Of a stretch of DNA of 64,000 bases, positions 59,501 through 64,000 are shown piece after piece. Within the stretch, counting starts at the first letter, position 1. Each line of letters opens with the position of its first letter. This stretch comes from Eutreptiella sp. 'Long Island Sound 2002'. Its lineage: Eukaryota > Protista > Euglenida. The stretch spans positions 166,098,001 to 166,162,000 of the forward strand of contig OZ038378.1 of assembly GCA_964036045.1 (NCBI GenBank), read 5' to 3'. Below the pieces are notes generated by a model. That model was not told where the DNA came from and searched no databases. It saw only the letters and a program-made list of their open reading frames with translations. A program made the position numbers and the translations under genes.

Positions 59501-61673
59501 GCATCAGTTTTGGGTTGCAGTGGGGTGTGGCTGAGGGTTGCTGGGCATCAGTTTTTGGTTGCAGTGGGGTGTGGCAGGGTGCTGAGGGTTACCTGGCATC
59601 AGTTTTGGGTTGCAGTGGGGTGTGGCTGAGGGTTGCTGGGCATCAGTTTTTGGTTGCAGTGGGGTGTGGCAGGGTGCTGAGGGTTGCTTGGCATCAGTTT
59701 TGGGTTGCAGTGGGGTGTGGCAGGGTGCTGAGGGTTGCTTGGCATCAGTTTTTGGTTGCAGTGGGGTGTGGCAGGGTGCTGAGGGTTGCTGGGCATCAAT
59801 TTTGGGTTGCAGTGGGGTGTGGCAGGGTGCTGAGGGTTGCTGGGCATCAGTTTTTGGTTGCAGTGGGGTGTGGCAGGGTGCTGAGGGTTGCTGGGCATCA
59901 ATTTTGGGTTGCAGTGGGGTGTGGCAGGGTGCTGACGGTTGCTGGGCATCAGTTTTTGATTGCAGTGGGGTGTGGCAGGGTGCTGAGGGTTGCTTGGCAT
60001 CAGTTTTTGGTTGCAGTGGGGTGTGGCTGAGGGTTGCTGGGCATCAGTTTTTGGTTGCAGTGGGGTGTGGCAGGGTGCTGAGGGTTGCTGGGCATCAGTT
60101 TTTGGTTGCAGTGGGGTGTGGCAGGGTGCTGAGCGTTGCTGGGCATCAGTTTTGGGTTGCAGTGGGGTGTGGCTGAGGGTTGCTGGGCATCAGTTTTTGG
60201 TTGCAGTGGGGTGTGGCAGGGTGCTGAGGGTTGCCTGGCATCAGTTTTGGGTTGCAGTGGGGTGTGGCTGAGGGTTGCTGGGCATCAGTTTTTGGTTGCA
60301 GTGGGGTGTGGCAGGGTGCTGAGGGTTGCTTGGCATCAGTTTTTGGTTGCAGTGGGGTGTGGCAGGGTGCTGAGGGTTGCTTGGCATCAGTTTTTGGTTG
60401 CAGTGGGGTGTGGCAGGGTGCTGAGGGTTGCTGGGCATCAATTTTGGGTTGCAGTGGGGTGTGGCAGGGTGCTGACGGTTGCTGGGCATCAGTTTTTGAT
60501 TGCAGTGGGGTGTGGCAGGGTGCTGAGGGTTGCTTGGCATCAGTTTTTGGTTGCAGTGGGGTGTGGCAGGGTGCTGAGGGTTGCTTGGCATCAGTTTTTG
60601 GTTGCAGTGGGGTGTGGCAGGGTGCTGAGGGTTGCTTGGCATCAGTTTTTGGTTGCAGTGGGGTGTGGCAGGGTGCTGAGGGTTGCTGGGCATCAGTTTT
60701 GGGTTGCAGTGGGGTGTGGCAGGGTGCTGAGGGTTGCTGGGCATCAGTTTTTGATTGCAGTGGGGTGTGGCAGGGTGCTGAGGGTTGCTGGGCATCAGTT
60801 TTGGGTTGCAGTGGGGTGTGGCAGGGTGTTGAGGGTTGCTGGGCATCAGTTTTTGGTTGCAGTGGGGTGTGGCAAGGTCCAGAGGGTTGCTAGGCATCAG
60901 TTTTTGGTTGCAGTGGGGTGTGGCAGGGTGCTGAGGGTTGCTGGGCATCAGTTTTTGGTTGCAGTGGGGTGTGGCAGGGTGCTGAGGGTTGCTTGGCATC
61001 AGTTTTTGGTTGCAGTGGGGTGTGGCAGGGTCCAGAGGGTTGCTGGGCATCAGTTTTTGGTTGCAGTGGGGTGTGGCAGGGTGCTGAGGGTTGCTGGGCA
61101 TCAGTTTTGGGTTGCAATGGGGTGTGGCTGAGGGTTGCCGGGCATCAGTTTTTGGTTGCAGTGGGGTGTGGCAGGGTGCTGAGGGTTGCTTGGCATCAGT
61201 TTTTGGTTGCAGTGGGGTGTGGCAGGGTGCTGAGGGTTGCTGGGCATCAATTTTGGGTTGCAGTGGGGTGTGGCAGGGTGCTGAGGGTTGCTGGGCATCA
61301 GTTTTTGGTTGCAGTGGGGTGTGGCAGGGTGCTGAGGGTTGCTGGGTCTTTGCAGGCTGGCGGTGAACTATCGCTGCCATTCCAGTTCAAACAGCATTGT
61401 GCTGCACTGCAATCGCGTGGAACTGTGGCTGCAAAGGCCACGCTGCAGGCTGCCGGTTGCTTTCTAGGGCCAGGCTGGTCGACCTTTCGGCAGGGGATCA
61501 CCATGGGTGAGTTGGGCACACGTTTCTTGGGTGTTCCCATCCATGACTGTGATGAGGAGGCCAATTTCAGGGCTGATGCAGCAGACTTTGCCAACAGTTG
61601 CATTGAGGCAATCGACTGTAGGTTCGGGGAAGACCATCCTGTGGCCATCCTGTGGCCAAAACGTGCCGGGTGA
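56572..61673 (+). pseudogene. hAT (ZNF862/DUF4371-like) transposase pseudogene with NUMOD1-like, 2x PHD-like and TTF/BED-like finger N-terminus, split by a satellite
   Basis: WLCHENGLMWCAACR...HTKCGLH finger; FFGLASDSCAD, YCADGADVMQG, HANCHRADLA, RW motif; resumes after the array with SLQAGG...FANSCIEAIDCRF. Frameshifts near 56920 and 57945; TAG at 57009-57011. Confidence 0.85.
58300..61345. repeat. 51-bp tandem satellite (with 44-bp deletion variants), about 60 units
   Basis: Unit gggcatcagtttttggttgcagtggggtgtggcagggtgctgagggttgct. Confidence 0.97.
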
Positions 61674-61771
61674 ACCATCTCAGCGTCAAGATCACTAGTT
61701 GTGCCTCGTCTCAACTTTTGTTTGCGTCTCCAATGTTTAGGCAGTTTTCCTGTCTTTGTTTTTGTTAACCC

Positions 61772-62404
61772 ATGGACGGGGTTGAGCAGCCCAATCAGGC
61801 CCAGCAGGTGTCAGCAGAGGAGCGACTGGCAGCCCAGGCCAAAGAGATTCAAGAACTCAGAGAGCAACTCGCCCGAGTGGCGGTGAAGGAGGGGCCGCGC
61901 TTGCCCCCGTTAAGCGTTCCGGAGATCAACCGAGCCCTCGAGAAGCCCCAGTTGGCGCAGTGGATGAGGCTGATGCTGTCCAACATCAAGGCATACATAC
62001 GGCTTAGGGCCGGTGAGGTGGGGGAGATCCCCCGCCCGAGCGAGTTCGGCGGCCAGGCAACGGAGGCCGCGGTCGACCCGGGAGAGCAGCTGGCATGCAG
62101 GGTCTGGGACTGCGTGTCCCAGTCCCAGGCGGCCTATGCCCGACGGTATGCAGGCTCCCAGGGGAAGTCCAGCTCCGAGTCCAACCAGTACGCCACGTTG
62201 GAAGAGGCATGGAAGGAGTAGGGATCGGCGTTCACATGGCGAAGTGTAAAGTTCAGGGAAGTTGGCGGAGTGCTGCAGTGGCAGTCACGGCAAGGCGAGT
62301 GGATCCCTGTGGAGTCACCGCCAAGCGGAGGGTGCCAGAGGTGCGCGCAGCGGGGCTCCCCCGACGAGCGCCACTGGCACTTTAGGTGCCCACACGGGTC
62401 CTGA
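61772..62404 (+). CDS. gag-like ORF with coiled coil (61772-62221) followed in frame by a C-x2-C-x8-H-x4-C knuckle (62222-62404)
   Basis: EERLAAQAKEIQELREQLAR coiled coil; after TAG 62219-62221 the same frame reads ...CQRCAQRGSPDERHWHFRCPHGS* (TGA 62402-62404). Confidence 0.6.
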
Positions 62405-63823
62405 CAGGATCAGCTGGAGCCCGGACCGGCCGCCCCGGGCTCTGGCGTCACAGGCGCAGCGGCGGAGCTGTGGGCACTCGCCCGCAGGTGGGAGACAGCA
62501 GCCCGGGCAGACGACCCCTGCTCACCGGAAGAAAGCGCCATGCAATCGTGGAGGCCGAGGACCCGGTCGCAGTATGCGTCCCGGCTCCGGGCCTTGGCAG
62601 CTTACGCGGAGCGCACGGGCCCGCCTGATCCAGCCGCGACACTGGCAGGCCTCCTGGCAGAGCGGGCGCAGGCCGGAGCTACAACATCAGCCCTGCGGGG
62701 TATTATTTCCGCGATCCGGGCCGTGGAGGACCTCCAATGGCTGCCACCAACAGTCACGACCCTACACAAGAGAATCGCGGCGGGAGCCGCCTCATCTGGC
62801 TCTCAGCCCTATCTGTCCCCAGCAGGCATGGTCCAGCTGGTCGAAAGGGCCAGAGACTCCAGAAACGGGACGGTGTTCAGCGCGTTGGCGATCATTAGCT
62901 GGTTGTGCTACTTGCGGGTGGGCGAAGCAGCTGGCATCAGGGTTTTTGACCTGGCTATGGCGGGCTTTGTCCAGTTTTGGAACTCCAAAACAGGGGAGGA
63001 GGGCTACACCACCCGGCCCCTCTACCGGTATGCGGATGGGGTCCGTGCGTGGCTTCATCGCCACATGGTCTCCTTGGGCCGGTCGTCAGACATGCTGGTC
63101 TGGCAGTCGGGTGAGGCAGGATTGGAGGCAGGCATGGCCGAGGCCCTGGCGGGCACAGCGTACGCCCGCGCCAGGTGGCACGCGCTACGCCGGGGAGGCG
63201 CCGCAGCGACTTGGGCCCGCAAACCAGACCTCGCCTACTACAAATGGTGGGGCAGATGGCAGAGCACGGCCGTGGCGATGCAATACGGCACCAAGTGGTC
63301 CGACCCGGGGGTCGTCGCCCCTACGGTACTGCCTGCGTGGTCCCGTGACCGAGGGCCTTTGCCGACTCCAGAGCGTGTGGGCGTCCTGGCGCTGTGGGGT
63401 TCACCTATGTTCCCCAACATCGCGGGCGCACTCAGCACTCCGACCAAGCGCAAGCCGAGGCGCCCGCGGGGTGAAGGGCCCGGGACCACCGAGGGCGGCA
63501 CAGTTGGGAGCGGAGACGAGGGAGACCAGGCCGCGACCGAGCTGGAGGAGTCCGCCGAGGATGGCCCTACTGAGATGGGCCCGATGCCTGAAGCGGCTCC
63601 TACCACCCCTCCACTTCAATCTTTGGCCCCTGCCTCTGAGCGCGGCGCCGTGTCTCGGGAAGATGCGGGTCAGCTGTGTACGTTGGCGGGTCCTCTGGTT
63701 GCTGTGGGGGGGGGGGGGGGTGCGGGCCGGGGACGGCAGCCGGGCCCATCAATGTCGATTCCGACGTGGACACCGACGACGACAGCGAGGGTTCCGGAAG
63801 CGAACCCGATGGCGCCTTCGTAG
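62405..63823 (+). CDS. Tyrosine recombinase of a DIRS-order (VIPER/TATE/Ngaro-like) or Crypton-like element
   Basis: SAM-like N-terminus (TRSQYASRLRAL) and catalytic set R (YLRVGE), K (NSKTG), HxxR (HALRRGGA), W (GRW), Y (MQY); first ATG at 62540. Confidence 0.9.
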   Translation, partial: QDQLEPGPAAPGSGVTGAAAELWALARRWETAARADDPCSPEESAMQSWRPRTRSQYASRLRALAAYAERTGPPDPAATLAGLLAERAQAGATTSALRGIISAIRAVEDLQWLPPTVTTLHKRIAAGAASSGSQPYLSPAGMVQLVERARDSRNGTVFSALAIISWLCYLRVGEAAGIRVFDLAMAGFVQFWNSKTGEEGYTTRPLYRYADGVRAWLHRHMVSLGRSSDMLVWQSGEAGLEAGMAEALAGTAYARARWHALRRGGAAATWARKPDLAYYKWWGRWQSTAVAMQYGTKWSDPGVVAPTVLPAWSRDRGPLPTPERVGVLALWGSPMFPNIAGALSTPTKRKPRRPRGEGPGTTEGGTVGSGDEGDQAATELEESAEDGPTEMGPMPEAAPTTPPLQSLAPASERGAVSREDAGQLCTLAGPLVAVGGGGGAGRGRQPGPSMSIPTWTPTTTARVPEANPMAPS

Positions 63824-64000
63824 TCGGCAGCGCAAGGGGTTCCCCCGGGCGTCGACAGACCGGAATTGCCAAGTTCGTTGGACGCGAGCGTAAACCGTGG
63901 GCCTCCAGGATAGCCGCTGGTCCTGTCAGAGGAGGGACCGGAGCGGGCTCAAAAGCTGGAATGGTGGGCCGTGTCCACCGCTCATACACGGGGCCGCGTC

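Larger units (their letters stand above)
61680..64000 (+). mobile_element. Tyrosine-recombinase mobile element (5' part) inserted into the hAT pseudogene; extends beyond the window
   Basis: The hAT frame ends at 61673; GC-rich gag-like then YR ORFs follow; no RT within the window. Confidence 0.8.

Noticed and set aside
58247-61380. Long repetitive ORFs on both strands (17-aa repeats)
   Set aside because: Translation of the 51-bp satellite; the frames break at the 44-bp variants.
62262-63893. 543-aa alternative-frame ORF overlapping the recombinase
   Set aside because: Arg/Gly/Pro-rich shadow frame of GC-rich coding DNA with no motifs.

Overview
Eukaryotic, intron-rich and repeat-rich genomic DNA with canonical GT-AG introns and many poly-G/poly-C tracts. 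The organism cannot be identified from sequence alone; a euglenozoan-like host is plausible but is inference. Host genes, all on the + strand: (1) the 3' four exons of a metacaspase (3285-11954); (2) an intronless conserved hypothetical gene (24704-25525); (3) eleven phase-compatible exons of an SLC6/NSS sodium:neurotransmitter-symporter-family transporter (32069 to about 55939, TM1-TM8, continuing past the window). The rest is mostly mobile DNA. An 8.8-kb Mutator (MULE) element (13824-22612, 9-bp TSD) encodes a decayed protein with tandem winged-helix, WRKY/GCM1-like finger, DDE, SWIM, Cys-rich finger, Ulp1 SUMO-protease and SAP-like regions, and carries an 85-bp satellite and a hAT MITE. An inverted second Ulp1 relic lies next to it. 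A decayed hAT transposase has a NUMOD1-like and double PHD-like N-terminus and is split by a 3-kb 51-bp satellite. A tyrosine-recombinase element has gag-like, Zn-knuckle and YR regions in one reading frame separated by two stops. Several MITE families and tRNA-derived SINE-like sequences are also present. Domain calls come from manual motif recognition; no database searches were run.
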